From the NCBI GenBank assembly GCA_001001485.1, contig LCKO01000004.1:4761-68760 (forward strand): 64,000 bases of DNA, given 5' to 3'. The stretch's first letter is position 1; each line of letters begins with the position of its first letter. The position numbers were made by a program, and so were the translations under genes. The notes beneath the pieces were generated by a model, which saw only the letters and a program-made list of their open reading frames with translations, ran no database searches and had not been told where the DNA came from. This document shows positions 46,895 to 56,065 of the stretch, one piece after another. Source of the DNA: Candidatus Collierbacteria bacterium GW2011_GWB2_45_17. Its GTDB lineage: Bacteria; Patescibacteriota; Microgenomatia; UBA1400; MFAQ01.

Positions 46895-49165
46895 ATGAAA
46901 AATAAAAAGAAGGTGCAAGTCAAAGAGGAAAAATTTGAAGTTCCAAAGACAATTGTCAAAAGAGACGGCAGAGTAATGCCGTTTGAAATTAAGAAGATTG
47001 AAAAGGCGATGCTCTTGTGTTTTGAGGATTTGGGCAAGGAACCGGCAACTCCGATAGGGGAACTAGCTAAGAGAGTAGTAAATATAATTGGAGTCAAGTA
47101 TGTAAAACCGACGGTAGAGCAAGTCCAGGATACGGTAGAGTTGGTTTTGCAAGCGGCAGGTGAGTTTGCGGCGGCCAAGAACTACATTATCTATAGAGTG
47201 GAGCATGCCAAGATGAGAGATGCCAGACCGGTGCCCAGGGAGGTGGCTAAGGCGTTTGCGGATAGTGATGTTTATTTTGAAAACCAGATCCAGAAATTCC
47301 AGTTTTTTGATAAGTATTCGCGTTTTAATTATGATTTGGGAAGGAGAGAGACTTGGAAAGAAACGGTAGATAGGTCGGTAGATTATTTACGAGAACTGTC
47401 GGGAGAAAAGCTGGATGCGAGTGTGTACAAAAGAATCAGAAGTTCGATGTTGGAAATGAAGGCCACGCCGTCGATGAGACTCTTGGCCATGGCCGGCCCG
47501 GCGGCGAGAAGAAATAATATCAGTATTTACAACTGTTCTTATCAGCCGGTGGACAGTATAGATTCGTTTGTTGAGGCCTTGATTATTTCCATGAACGGGT
47601 GCGGCGTTGGTTTTTCGGTGGAAAGTAAGTATGTCGAAAATCTTCCCAGAGTAAAAAGACAGAATGGCTTGGAAACCAAACAAATGGTGATAGAGGATTC
47701 AACGGAAGGTTGGGCCGAGGCTTTGAGGACCGGTCTTACTACTTGGCTTGGAGGCGGAGATGTTCGATTTGATTATTCCGCTCTCCGTCCAGCCGGAGCG
47801 ATACTTCGAACCAAGGGAGGCAGGTCATCTGGTCCGGAACCACTAAGACGAATGATGGAGTTTGTCAGAGAAAGAATTTTTGCCCGACAAGGGAGTTTCT
47901 TGAGACCGATTGATGCTCACGACATGATGTGTGAAGTGGGCAATGCCGCCGTTTCCGGAGGAATGAGAAGAACGGCGATGATTTCACTTTTTGATTTTGA
48001 TGATAACGAGATGTGGAACTCTAAGTCAGGGGACTTTGAAAGAGACAACAGCCAGAGGTGGAACGCTAACAACAGCGCGGTCTGGCCACTGTCCGGTTTG
48101 ACACAGTTTGAGGTTACCAAGCAGATGCTGGAGATAGTAAAATCCGGAAGGGGTGAGCCGGGTATCTTTAATCGACAATCGGCGATTGATACGAGGCCGG
48201 CCAGACGAACAGTGGCTGAATTTGGAACCAATCCGTGTGGAGAGATTATCTTGAGACCTTTTGAGTTTTGTAATCTTTCGATAGCGATAGCCCGACATGA
48301 AGATACCTATGAAACACTGAAAGACAAAGTTGAGGTGGCGGCAATAATTGGGACGATTCAATCACTGGCTACCAATTTCCCCGGTTTAAGACCGGCTTGG
48401 AAGAAAAACTGTGAAGAGGAAAGACTTTTGGGAGTAGACATTAATGGACAGATGGATAGTCCGGTAGCCCAAGATCCGGCAGTTCAGAACCGACTACGGC
48501 AGGTGGCGATTGAGACAAATAGATTAACAGCTCAGAAACTGGGAATAAACCAAGCAAGTGCTGTTACCTGTGTAAAACCTTCCGGCAACTCATCACAGTT
48601 ATTTAACTGTTCGTCGGGAATTCATGCCCGATGGTCTCCCTATTACGTCAGAAACATCCGAGTCAGCACTCACTCGTCTATTTATAAGGTGCTGAAAGAT
48701 GAAGGGGTGCCGATGGATCCGGAGAATGGTCAGACTCCCGAAACAGCGAATACTTGGGTAATTCACTTTCCGGTAAAGTCTCCGGATGGCGCCATCACCA
48801 GAAAAAGTTATTCGGCCATACAGCAGTGTGATTACTGGTTTCAAAATAAAGTTAACTGGACAGAGCACAACCCAAGCGTGACCATAACTTATTCTCCCGA
48901 TGAAGTGATTGACCTTATTAAGTGGGTCTGGGAGCACAAGAACCTAATCGGAGGAATGGCCTTTTTACCGGTGTTTGACGCCGCCTACTCGCAGATGCCT
49001 TACCAGGAGATAGAAAAAGAGGAGTACGAAAAGTTGAAAGCGAAGTTCCCAACGATTGACTTTAGTAAACTATATCGATACGAGGAAGAGGACTATACCA
49101 AGGCGGCTCAGGAGCTGGCTTGTGTGGCTGGTTGCGATATAGATCCCAATGAGGGGAAGCTCTAG
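46895..49165 (+). CDS. nrdJ: Class II (B12-dependent) ribonucleotide reductase with ATP cone
   Basis: N-terminal IVKRDGR ATP cone, YNC, G.GVGF, TNPCGEI, VKPSG, W.EHN.S.T, C-terminal CVAGC. Confidence 0.93.
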   Translation: MKNKKKVQVKEEKFEVPKTIVKRDGRVMPFEIKKIEKAMLLCFEDLGKEPATPIGELAKRVVNIIGVKYVKPTVEQVQDTVELVLQAAGEFAAAKNYIIYRVEHAKMRDARPVPREVAKAFADSDVYFENQIQKFQFFDKYSRFNYDLGRRETWKETVDRSVDYLRELSGEKLDASVYKRIRSSMLEMKATPSMRLLAMAGPAARRNNISIYNCSYQPVDSIDSFVEALIISMNGCGVGFSVESKYVENLPRVKRQNGLETKQMVIEDSTEGWAEALRTGLTTWLGGGDVRFDYSALRPAGAILRTKGGRSSGPEPLRRMMEFVRERIFARQGSFLRPIDAHDMMCEVGNAAVSGGMRRTAMISLFDFDDNEMWNSKSGDFERDNSQRWNANNSAVWPLSGLTQFEVTKQMLEIVKSGRGEPGIFNRQSAIDTRPARRTVAEFGTNPCGEIILRPFEFCNLSIAIARHEDTYETLKDKVEVAAIIGTIQSLATNFPGLRPAWKKNCEEERLLGVDINGQMDSPVAQDPAVQNRLRQVAIETNRLTAQKLGINQASAVTCVKPSGNSSQLFNCSSGIHARWSPYYVRNIRVSTHSSIYKVLKDEGVPMDPENGQTPETANTWVIHFPVKSPDGAITRKSYSAIQQCDYWFQNKVNWTEHNPSVTITYSPDEVIDLIKWVWEHKNLIGGMAFLPVFDAAYSQMPYQEIEKEEYEKLKAKFPTIDFSKLYRYEEEDYTKAAQELACVAGCDIDPNEGKL

Positions 49166-49324
49166 GAGGGTCTGATTACTATCAGTCTTTTGTTGACATT
49201 GCTAAGAGTTAGTTTGGGCGATTTTACGGTGCTGTACCGCTCTTTTTATATCTTTCTTGTGGGATTTATTTGTCTTCCTTGGCTTCTCTCTGGTTACAGT
49301 GAAGCAGTTTTGGTATAGTTAGAT

Positions 49325-49690
49325 ATGCCTGCTTTGGGTAAGGAAATAGAACGCCAACTGACTCCCGACGAGATCGCCTTGCGAGAGGTTCAGGGGTATA
49401 TAGATAAAGTAGAACATCAGGCAGAAACGCAAGAACCACCGGTATACAGTCAACAACAGGTTTCCCCGGGGATGATGACTACACCTCGACCCACCAGCCC
49501 GAATATAACAAGCGTGATTCCGGTTTCGACCAAGCAGAAAATAATTCTGCCTCTTGATCAAACGGGAGTAGAGGGCGGTTTAAAAAACCATGTGTTTGAG
49601 GGACTGCGGTGGTTGTCTGAATGGTGTGTCATGATGATTAAAAAATATCCAGGCAGAGTCTTTTATATGTCGCCTCAAGTAAACAGATGA
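49325..49690 (+). CDS. Hypothetical protein
   Basis: 121 aa; LPL...RWL.EWC...IK motif; coupled to the next gene. Confidence 0.65.
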   Translation: MPALGKEIERQLTPDEIALREVQGYIDKVEHQAETQEPPVYSQQQVSPGMMTTPRPTSPNITSVIPVSTKQKIILPLDQTGVEGGLKNHVFEGLRWLSEWCVMMIKKYPGRVFYMSPQVNR

Positions 49691-52008
49691 TCTATCTAAA
49701 CTTCTGGATTCAGTATTTCTTGGCAATACTCTTGGGACTTACCTTGCTGGGGACAACGGTGGTTGGTTTTTGGATGTTGTTTGTAATCTGGCTTCGAAAC
49801 AGAAATAGAGAAGAGGTCAGTCTAAACTTTGTGCTTTTGGAAATAGCCGTGCCCAAGGACAATGAAATAAAGATTGATGCGGTCGAACAGATGTTTGCCT
49901 CTCTTTTTTCCTTAAAAAAGGGAGGCTTTTGGCAGAAGTTTGAGTCACAACAACATTTGTCTTTGGAGATTGTGGGGCGAAAAGAAGATATTCGGTTTTA
50001 TATTTCTTGTCATAAAAAGAATGTCGAGCTGGTAGAAAAACTAGTTTCCGGTACTTATCCCGGGACCCACGTCAAACAGGTTGATGAATACAATATCTTT
50101 TATAAAGATACTAAAGTAGATTTTGCCGAGTTGGCTTTAAAAAATGAAAGTTTTAAACCAATAAAATCTTTTAAAGAGCTACCGGTAGATTCTTTGTCTT
50201 CAATTACTTCAGCGATGGCAAAATTTGGAGATAATGAAGCGGCGGCGATACAGATAGTGGTTTCCCCAGCCGAGTCTCACTGGAGTAAGTCCGGCCTTGA
50301 TTACGTTTCAAAGCTGAAAAAAGACGAATCCGATCCGGAGAAGGCAAGATTTAAGATGAACCCTCAGGACATGGAGGCGATTACCAATAAGTGTTCCAAG
50401 GTAGGATTTTTGACCAGCATTAGAATTGTGAGTGTGGCTCCGACTATGGATCAGGCGAAAGCCAACCTTAGCAACCTAAAGGGAACTTTTTCCCAGTTTG
50501 CAGGTAATCAAAACAATTTCACCGGTAACAAAATTTGGTTTAAACAGTCATTTATGCTCGATTTTATTTACAGATATCAAAATATGTGGGGACTAAACTC
50601 GGTCTTGTCGACCGACGAGCTGGCAACGGTGTGGCACCTTCCAAACAAAACAATTGAAACTTCACACATTTACTGGCTGACGGCAAAGACAGCCCCGGCA
50701 TCGGGTGAGTTTCCCGAGTCCGGTTTGTGGCTTGGCAGATCGGTAGACAGAGGTCAAGAGAGAAATATTTATATGGGAGAGACGGACAGAATGAAACACC
50801 TTTATATCATCGGCCGAACGGGTACCGGAAAAACGGAACTTCTGAAATCGATGATCATTCAGGATATGAGGGCGGGCAAAGGGCTCTGCTTTATGGAACC
50901 ACATGGCGACGGTATCGAGGAACTGTTGGAGCTGGTGCCACCGGAGAGAGCCGAAGATGTGGTGGTCTTTGATCCTTCGGACAAGGAGAGACCGATGGGT
51001 TTTAACTTACTTGAAGTAAGGAATTATGAAGAGATGCACATCGTGGCCTCTTCGATCATCAACTTGATGTACAAGCTCTACGATCCACACCGGACCGGAA
51101 TGGTGGGACCGAGATTTGAACACGCCATCAGAAACGCCATGCTGACGGTGGCGACCGTTCCCGGAGCCACTTTTGTGGAGGTGAACAGAGCCCTGACAGA
51201 TCAGAAATACGTCCAAGAAATACTGCCAAACGTAAAAGACCCGATTGTCAAACGCTACTGGACGGACCAGATTGCGCAGACCAGTGACTTCCATAAATCA
51301 GAGACTTTGGATTATATCGCCTCTAAGTTTGGAAGGTTCGTGACCAATCAACTAATTAGAAACATCATTGGTCAAGCGAAGAGCACCCTTAATTTTAGAA
51401 CGGCTATGGACGAGGGAAAAATCGTGTTTCTTAAACTGGCCAAAGGTATATTGGGGGAGGAAGACTCCAGCTTTTTGGGTAACATACTGATTCCGAAGAT
51501 ATTATCGGCGGCACTTTCCCGACAAGAAGTGCCCAAGGAGCAGAGACGCCCCTTCTACTTATATGTAGATGAGTTTCAAAACTTTGCCACGCCGGACTTT
51601 GCCCAGATGCTTTCCGAAGTACGAAAGTACGGAATTGGCTTGGTGCTCGCTAATCAGTTTGTGAGCCAAATCGACGAACAAGTTCGAGACGCTATCTTTG
51701 GGAACTGTGGAACCTTGATGACTTATCGGGTGGGCGTTCAGGATGCGGCCATTTTGGCCAAAGAGTTTGAAGGAGTCTTTGGTGAGACGGATCTTGCTAA
51801 TATACCGGCTCAAAATATTTATGTCAAAACAGTCGTAAACGGAACTCCGGTGCGACCATTTTCGATGAACGTAGAGAGAGATCTAAAAGCGGAGAGGGCT
51901 CAAGGAAGTCTGGAAGTGTCCAGGATGGTCAGGGAATTATCCAGGCTGAAATTTGGGCGGGATGTTGCCGAAGTGAGTGAGGAAATAGAGAGAAGATCAA
52001 ACCTGTAA
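49687..52008 (+). CDS. HerA/TraG/VirD4-like P-loop ATPase (DUF87)
   Basis: H.YIIG.TG.GKT, PHGD, FNLLE, LYVDEFQNF, E.RKY, ANQ. Confidence 0.88.
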   Translation: MIYLNFWIQYFLAILLGLTLLGTTVVGFWMLFVIWLRNRNREEVSLNFVLLEIAVPKDNEIKIDAVEQMFASLFSLKKGGFWQKFESQQHLSLEIVGRKEDIRFYISCHKKNVELVEKLVSGTYPGTHVKQVDEYNIFYKDTKVDFAELALKNESFKPIKSFKELPVDSLSSITSAMAKFGDNEAAAIQIVVSPAESHWSKSGLDYVSKLKKDESDPEKARFKMNPQDMEAITNKCSKVGFLTSIRIVSVAPTMDQAKANLSNLKGTFSQFAGNQNNFTGNKIWFKQSFMLDFIYRYQNMWGLNSVLSTDELATVWHLPNKTIETSHIYWLTAKTAPASGEFPESGLWLGRSVDRGQERNIYMGETDRMKHLYIIGRTGTGKTELLKSMIIQDMRAGKGLCFMEPHGDGIEELLELVPPERAEDVVVFDPSDKERPMGFNLLEVRNYEEMHIVASSIINLMYKLYDPHRTGMVGPRFEHAIRNAMLTVATVPGATFVEVNRALTDQKYVQEILPNVKDPIVKRYWTDQIAQTSDFHKSETLDYIASKFGRFVTNQLIRNIIGQAKSTLNFRTAMDEGKIVFLKLAKGILGEEDSSFLGNILIPKILSAALSRQEVPKEQRRPFYLYVDEFQNFATPDFAQMLSEVRKYGIGLVLANQFVSQIDEQVRDAIFGNCGTLMTYRVGVQDAAILAKEFEGVFGETDLANIPAQNIYVKTVVNGTPVRPFSMNVERDLKAERAQGSLEVSRMVRELSRLKFGRDVAEVSEEIERRSNL

Positions 52009-52037
52009 TTTTTGGGTGGTAAAATACTTCATAATTG

Positions 52038-52112
52038 GGGCGACTAGCTCAATGGTAGAGCAAACGTCTTATACACGTTCGGTTTCAGGTTCGAGCCCTG
52101 AGTCGCCCACCA
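52038..52112 (+). tRNA. tRNA-Ile(TAT)
   Basis: GGGCGAC/GTCGCCC acceptor, AACGT-CTTATAC-ACGTT anticodon arm, TCAGG-TTCGAGC-CCTGA, A73 and encoded CCA. Confidence 0.92.
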
Positions 52113-52115
52113 AAA

Positions 52116-52487
52116 ATGAAAGCTATGACAAAAAATACTCAAAAAATTAAGGTAAAGCAAGATAGACTCTTGAGAGTGGTTCAGCCCGAGGGGGGAATCA
52201 AGGACTATTTGGGCAACAATTGGCCACAAGAAATGGTTATCAGCGGAAACTTGGAGCTGGGGAAAACCGGAAACCCCGTCACCGTCTATCTTGAAGATGA
52301 GATAACCGGCGAGTCACTGGAGATTTCGGGGGTTAAGAATGCCTTTGTCATATTGGAAGATACCAGAAGATCGACTTCGGGCTGGCTAGCGATGGCCGTA
52401 GGCTCAATAGAGAAAATGGGAGACGTTCTGGGTTTTTTATCTCAGACAACACTGGACACTATCAGGAAGCTGACCAAAAGGACTTAG
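52116..52487 (+). CDS. Hypothetical protein
   Basis: 123-aa ORF starting 3 nt after the tRNA. Confidence 0.6.
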   Translation: MKAMTKNTQKIKVKQDRLLRVVQPEGGIKDYLGNNWPQEMVISGNLELGKTGNPVTVYLEDEITGESLEISGVKNAFVILEDTRRSTSGWLAMAVGSIEKMGDVLGFLSQTTLDTIRKLTKRT

Positions 52488-53359
52488 AGGTCAACAATCT
52501 TAGGTTTATCCTTAGCTGGTTTTTCGGAAATGAATTCCAGATATTTTTCGGTGGTGGAGAGTCTTTTGTGGCCCACGAGCTTACTGATATAAACTAGGGG
52601 ACTGCCGGAAGTGAGCTGTTGGGCAATAAAAGTGTGTCTCAGGTCATTGACCTTGGCTTTTTCGATACCGGCAAGATGAAAGTATCGGTCAAGATTAGAG
52701 CGGATATTTCTGATTAAGAAAGAGTTGCCAGTCTTGGTGATGAAGACATTGGTGTTGGCGCTTTTGGGACGAACAGTAAGATATCGATCAAGAGCTTCTT
52801 TGGCCGGCTGGTTGATGGGAATGATACGTTCCGGATGTGATTCGTAGGCACGGATCGTGATTTGATGGGTGTGGCCATCAATGTCGGAAATTTTTAGATT
52901 GGCAAGCTCAGAGATACGCATCCCAGTTTGGAGAAGAATCTCAACAATGGCGGCCATTCTAAGATCCTCTCTGCAAGTGTCACGAAGGGCGCGATACTCG
53001 ATTTTGTTTAAGAGCCGAGGAGGTTTGATGTCGTATTTGGGGTGAGAAACTCCAACGGAAGGGTTTTCGGTGATGAGGCCTTGGGACTCAATATAGGAGA
53101 AAAAGGATTTGATGGAGTTAATTTTTCTGGAAACTGACTTGGTGGTGTAGTTTTTTTCGGCCAGATCGGCTTTGAAAGCGTCGATATGATCTTTGGTGAC
53201 CTCATCTAGGTTCAAGATGTTTGACTTGGCGACAAAGTCGGCCAGCTGTTCGATATCCTTAGAGTAAGCTAAAATAGTAGCAGAAGCCCGGCCTTGCTTG
53301 GCAAGGTTGGCTTTGAAGGCCGAAACGGCCTGTTTGATATTTAGCTCGGTTTGTTCCAT
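52484..53359 (-). CDS. XerC/XerD-like tyrosine recombinase
   Basis: SAM-like N domain, TGMRISE, NDLRHTF, VGH..LSTTEKY. Confidence 0.92.
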   Translation of the reverse strand: MEQTELNIKQAVSAFKANLAKQGRASATILAYSKDIEQLADFVAKSNILNLDEVTKDHIDAFKADLAEKNYTTKSVSRKINSIKSFFSYIESQGLITENPSVGVSHPKYDIKPPRLLNKIEYRALRDTCREDLRMAAIVEILLQTGMRISELANLKISDIDGHTHQITIRAYESHPERIIPINQPAKEALDRYLTVRPKSANTNVFITKTGNSFLIRNIRSNLDRYFHLAGIEKAKVNDLRHTFIAQQLTSGSPLVYISKLVGHKRLSTTEKYLEFISEKPAKDKPKIVDL

Positions 53360-53415
53360 GGTTTTAGATACTTTAATTATGTATGGCGCTAATTATAACA
53401 CTCTAGGTCTAGCAA

Positions 53416-53796
53416 ATGCAAGTGGCTAATCGTGGTAATGGCGATAGGCACGAGATAGGCTGGTTAAAGGCTGTTATTTTGGTCGTAGCTTGGTTGATAA
53501 TTATTTCTTTGGCTAAGGATGTGTGGCAAATAAGAACCGGTTTTAACCGAATAACCGAGTCGGAAAGAAGATTGACGGCTGAGGAGGCACGACAAAGTAA
53601 CTTGAAACAGAAACTGGAACTGGTTCAAACCCAACCTTATATAGAAAAACTAATTAGAGAGAAACTCAATATGCAAAAGGTGGGAGAGGTGATCGTAGTC
53701 ATGCCTAAGAAAGGGAGTTTGAGAACTGTAGACGAGGTAGAGCCTGGTTTGCCTGAGCATAACTGGGAAAAGTGGTGGAAATTGTTGCGGGTCTAG
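53416..53796 (+). CDS. FtsB/DivIC-like septum formation initiator
   Basis: TM helix + coiled coil + IEK.IREKLNM.K.GE. Confidence 0.85.
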   Translation: MQVANRGNGDRHEIGWLKAVILVVAWLIIISLAKDVWQIRTGFNRITESERRLTAEEARQSNLKQKLELVQTQPYIEKLIREKLNMQKVGEVIVVMPKKGSLRTVDEVEPGLPEHNWEKWWKLLRV

Positions 53797-53857
53797 GGTT
53801 CCGCCCCCTAATTAAGTCGGATTATGAGCCCGACAAGATACTTACCTTCCACCCGCA
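53785..53857 (-). tRNA. Atypical initiator-like tRNA-Met(CAT)
   Basis: TGCGGGT/ACCCGCA-A acceptor, TCGGG-CTCATAA-TCCGA anticodon arm; non-canonical D and T loops. Confidence 0.7.
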
Positions 53858-53932
53858 AATAACGAACACCCATATTTTATCACGGATGGGTGAGCTTGAC
53901 AATTCGGGTAATATATGGGTAAATGAATGTGG

Positions 53933-54607
53933 ATGGCAAAATCAAAAGAGAGGCTCGAAGCTAGAAAAATGAGACTGGAGGGAATTAGCATAAGAAAAAT
54001 CGCGAATATGGTCGGCGTTTCGAAAGGCACCGTAAGTCTTTGGTGTGGAGATATTGTGCTAACCAAAGAACAGCAAGATAAGTTAATCGAGGATGATAAA
54101 AAAGGTGGTGCGGTTGGACGAGCGAAGGCATGGAAAAGTATAAGAGAAGAAAGATTGAGGAGATTATCCAGAAATATGCAGAGGGGAGCAAAATTAGTTG
54201 GACAAATGAGTGCAAGAGACATATTCATTGCAGGCGTGGCATTATATTGGGCAGAAGGAAACAAGAAGAACCGTAGGTTGGTGTTTTCTAATTCAGACCC
54301 AATGATGATAAAGCTAATGATTAAATGGTTAGTCGATTGTTTGAATATTCCAAGAAGTGACATCTATTGTAAGGTCGGAGTCAACCAGATTCATATAAAT
54401 AGGGTTGCCAAAGTTGAACAATATTGGTCTGAGGTTACCGGAATTCCGCTAAATGAGTTTCGTAAAGTTAGTCTGAAAAAAGTAAATTCCTCAAAGGTAT
54501 ATGAAAATACAGAGGAGCATTTTGGGACATTAAACTTGATAGTCAAAAAAAGTACGGATTTAAATTATTTGGTTCTGGGTTTGATCGAAGGGTTGACACG
54601 GACTTGA
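53933..54607 (+). CDS. HTH + LAGLIDADG-like domain protein
   Basis: G.SIRKIA..VGVSKGTVS.W HTH; AGVALYWAEG, FSNSDP, YWS..TGIP, GTL. Confidence 0.75.
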   Translation: MAKSKERLEARKMRLEGISIRKIANMVGVSKGTVSLWCGDIVLTKEQQDKLIEDDKKGGAVGRAKAWKSIREERLRRLSRNMQRGAKLVGQMSARDIFIAGVALYWAEGNKKNRRLVFSNSDPMMIKLMIKWLVDCLNIPRSDIYCKVGVNQIHINRVAKVEQYWSEVTGIPLNEFRKVSLKKVNSSKVYENTEEHFGTLNLIVKKSTDLNYLVLGLIEGLTRT

Positions 54608-54636
54608 GGCTAATGCGTGATAAAATAAACGGTAAT

Positions 54637-54708
54637 GGCAGGGTAGCTCAGTGGTAGAGCAAGCCCATCATAAGGGCGAGGTCACGGGTCCGACCCCCGT
54701 CCCTGCTA
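54637..54708 (+). tRNA. tRNA-Met(CAT), elongator-type
   Basis: GGCAGGG/CCCTGCT acceptor, GCCC-ATCATAA-GGGC, ACGGG-TCCGACC-CCCGT. Confidence 0.85.
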
Positions 54709-54710
54709 CT

Positions 54711-55718
54711 ATGAAAAAAAGAATTTTGTCCGGTATAACGCCTAGTGGAAGTGCCTTGCATATTGGCAACTATTTTGGAGCCGTTAAGCCTCAAATTGAG
54801 CTTCAAAACGGGAATGAGACTTATTATTTTGTGGCTGACCTCCACGCTCTGACCACGGTTCAAGACAAGGAGGATTTGGAAAGAAACATAAAAAATGTGA
54901 TCTTGGACTATCTGTCTTTGGGACTTGACCCCCAGAAATGCGTATTTTTTCGACAATCAGATGTACCCGCCCATTCTCAAATGGCTGTAGTTATGGGAAA
55001 TTACGTAACTTATGGTCACATGCAGAGAATGCACGCCTTTAAAGATAAATTGCAGAAGGGTGCCGGATCCGAATCGATCAATATGGGTTTGTTCAATTAT
55101 CCAATACTTATGGCTGCCGATATACTGTTATATAAACCTGAGGCTATTCCCGTCGGTGAAGACCAAAGACAACATGTAGAAATTACTAGGGATATGGCAG
55201 AATCATTCAACAACAAATATGGAAATATACTGGTATTGCCGGAACCTATGATCTCAAAGGCGACCGGTAGGGTGGTGGGTACTGATGGAGAAAGGAAAAT
55301 GAGCAAGAGTCTCGGAAATGTGATTGGAATTTTTGAAGATGATGAAATTATTCGCAAGCAGATAATGAGTAGTTTTACGGATCCGAATAGAAAAAAAGCG
55401 ACCGATCTGGGAAAAGTGGAGGGTAATCCGGTGTTTATTTTTCATGACCTACTGAATGACGATAAGGAGGAGGTGAATGATTTAAAAGACAGATACAGTA
55501 AGGGAATGGTTGGTGACGTGGAGGTTAAGGAAAGACTGATCGTAGCGCATCAAAGGATGTTTCACGAAGCTAAGAAAAGAAGGAAATTGCTAGCGAATGA
55601 TCAAGAAGGGTTGCGAAGTATATTGAGAGAAGGAGCGGAAAAGGCGGCGATGGTAGCCAACGAGACACTAAAAGAGGTTTACACCTCGATAGGAATAATA
55701 AACGGTTTGAATAAATAA
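54711..55718 (+). CDS. trpS: Tryptophan--tRNA ligase
   Basis: SGITPSG.LHIGNY.G, YP.LMAADIL, PVGEDQ.QH.E, KMSKS. Confidence 0.97.
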   Translation: MKKRILSGITPSGSALHIGNYFGAVKPQIELQNGNETYYFVADLHALTTVQDKEDLERNIKNVILDYLSLGLDPQKCVFFRQSDVPAHSQMAVVMGNYVTYGHMQRMHAFKDKLQKGAGSESINMGLFNYPILMAADILLYKPEAIPVGEDQRQHVEITRDMAESFNNKYGNILVLPEPMISKATGRVVGTDGERKMSKSLGNVIGIFEDDEIIRKQIMSSFTDPNRKKATDLGKVEGNPVFIFHDLLNDDKEEVNDLKDRYSKGMVGDVEVKERLIVAHQRMFHEAKKRRKLLANDQEGLRSILREGAEKAAMVANETLKEVYTSIGIINGLNK

Positions 55719-55719
55719 A

Positions 55720-56055
55720 ATGAAAGATTTGATTACTTACGGTGACTTTGGAAAACTGGATATAAGAGCCGGGAAGATAGTGGAAGCGAGTGCGCCGGAA
55801 TGGAGCGATAAACTAATTAGATACGAGGTGGATTTGGGAGTAGAACTGGGGAAGAGAGTTCTGTTTTCGGGAATTCGTAAATGGTACAAACCGGAAGACT
55901 TAGTAGGTAAAATTATTCCGGTGGTTATTAATCTGACTCCCAAGAAGATGGGCGATGAGGAGTCACAAGGCATGGCCATCATGGCTGACGGAGAAACGGG
56001 GGCAGTGATGATTTTTTTACCGGACTCGGTTGAGCCAGGAACGGTGATAAGATAG
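55720..56055 (+). CDS. OB-fold tRNA-binding protein (Trbp111/CsaA/MetG C-terminal type)
   Basis: DF.KLDIR.G.I, DKL, SGI..Y, NL.PKK....SQGM. Confidence 0.9.
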   Translation: MKDLITYGDFGKLDIRAGKIVEASAPEWSDKLIRYEVDLGVELGKRVLFSGIRKWYKPEDLVGKIIPVVINLTPKKMGDEESQGMAIMADGETGAVMIFLPDSVEPGTVIR

Positions 56056-56065
56056 GAAGTTCAAG

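Noticed and set aside
46895-49165. Intein or intron in the RNR
   Set aside because: Continuous ORF of normal size with no splice motifs or endonuclease insert.
49687-52008. VirD4/TraG-like ATPase as part of a conjugative element
   Set aside because: No relaxase, mating-pair genes or integrase adjacent.
52484-53359. Tyrosine recombinase near tRNA-Ile as an island or integron integrase
   Set aside because: Xer-sized (291 aa), no obvious IntI-specific insertion, no duplicated tRNA-Ile 3' end seen, and neighbours are housekeeping genes.
54651-54710. N-terminal extension of TrpS; likewise ORF-track extensions at 3167, 3586, 38433 and 62776
   Set aside because: They run through tRNA genes or repeat elements, and conserved domains start downstream.
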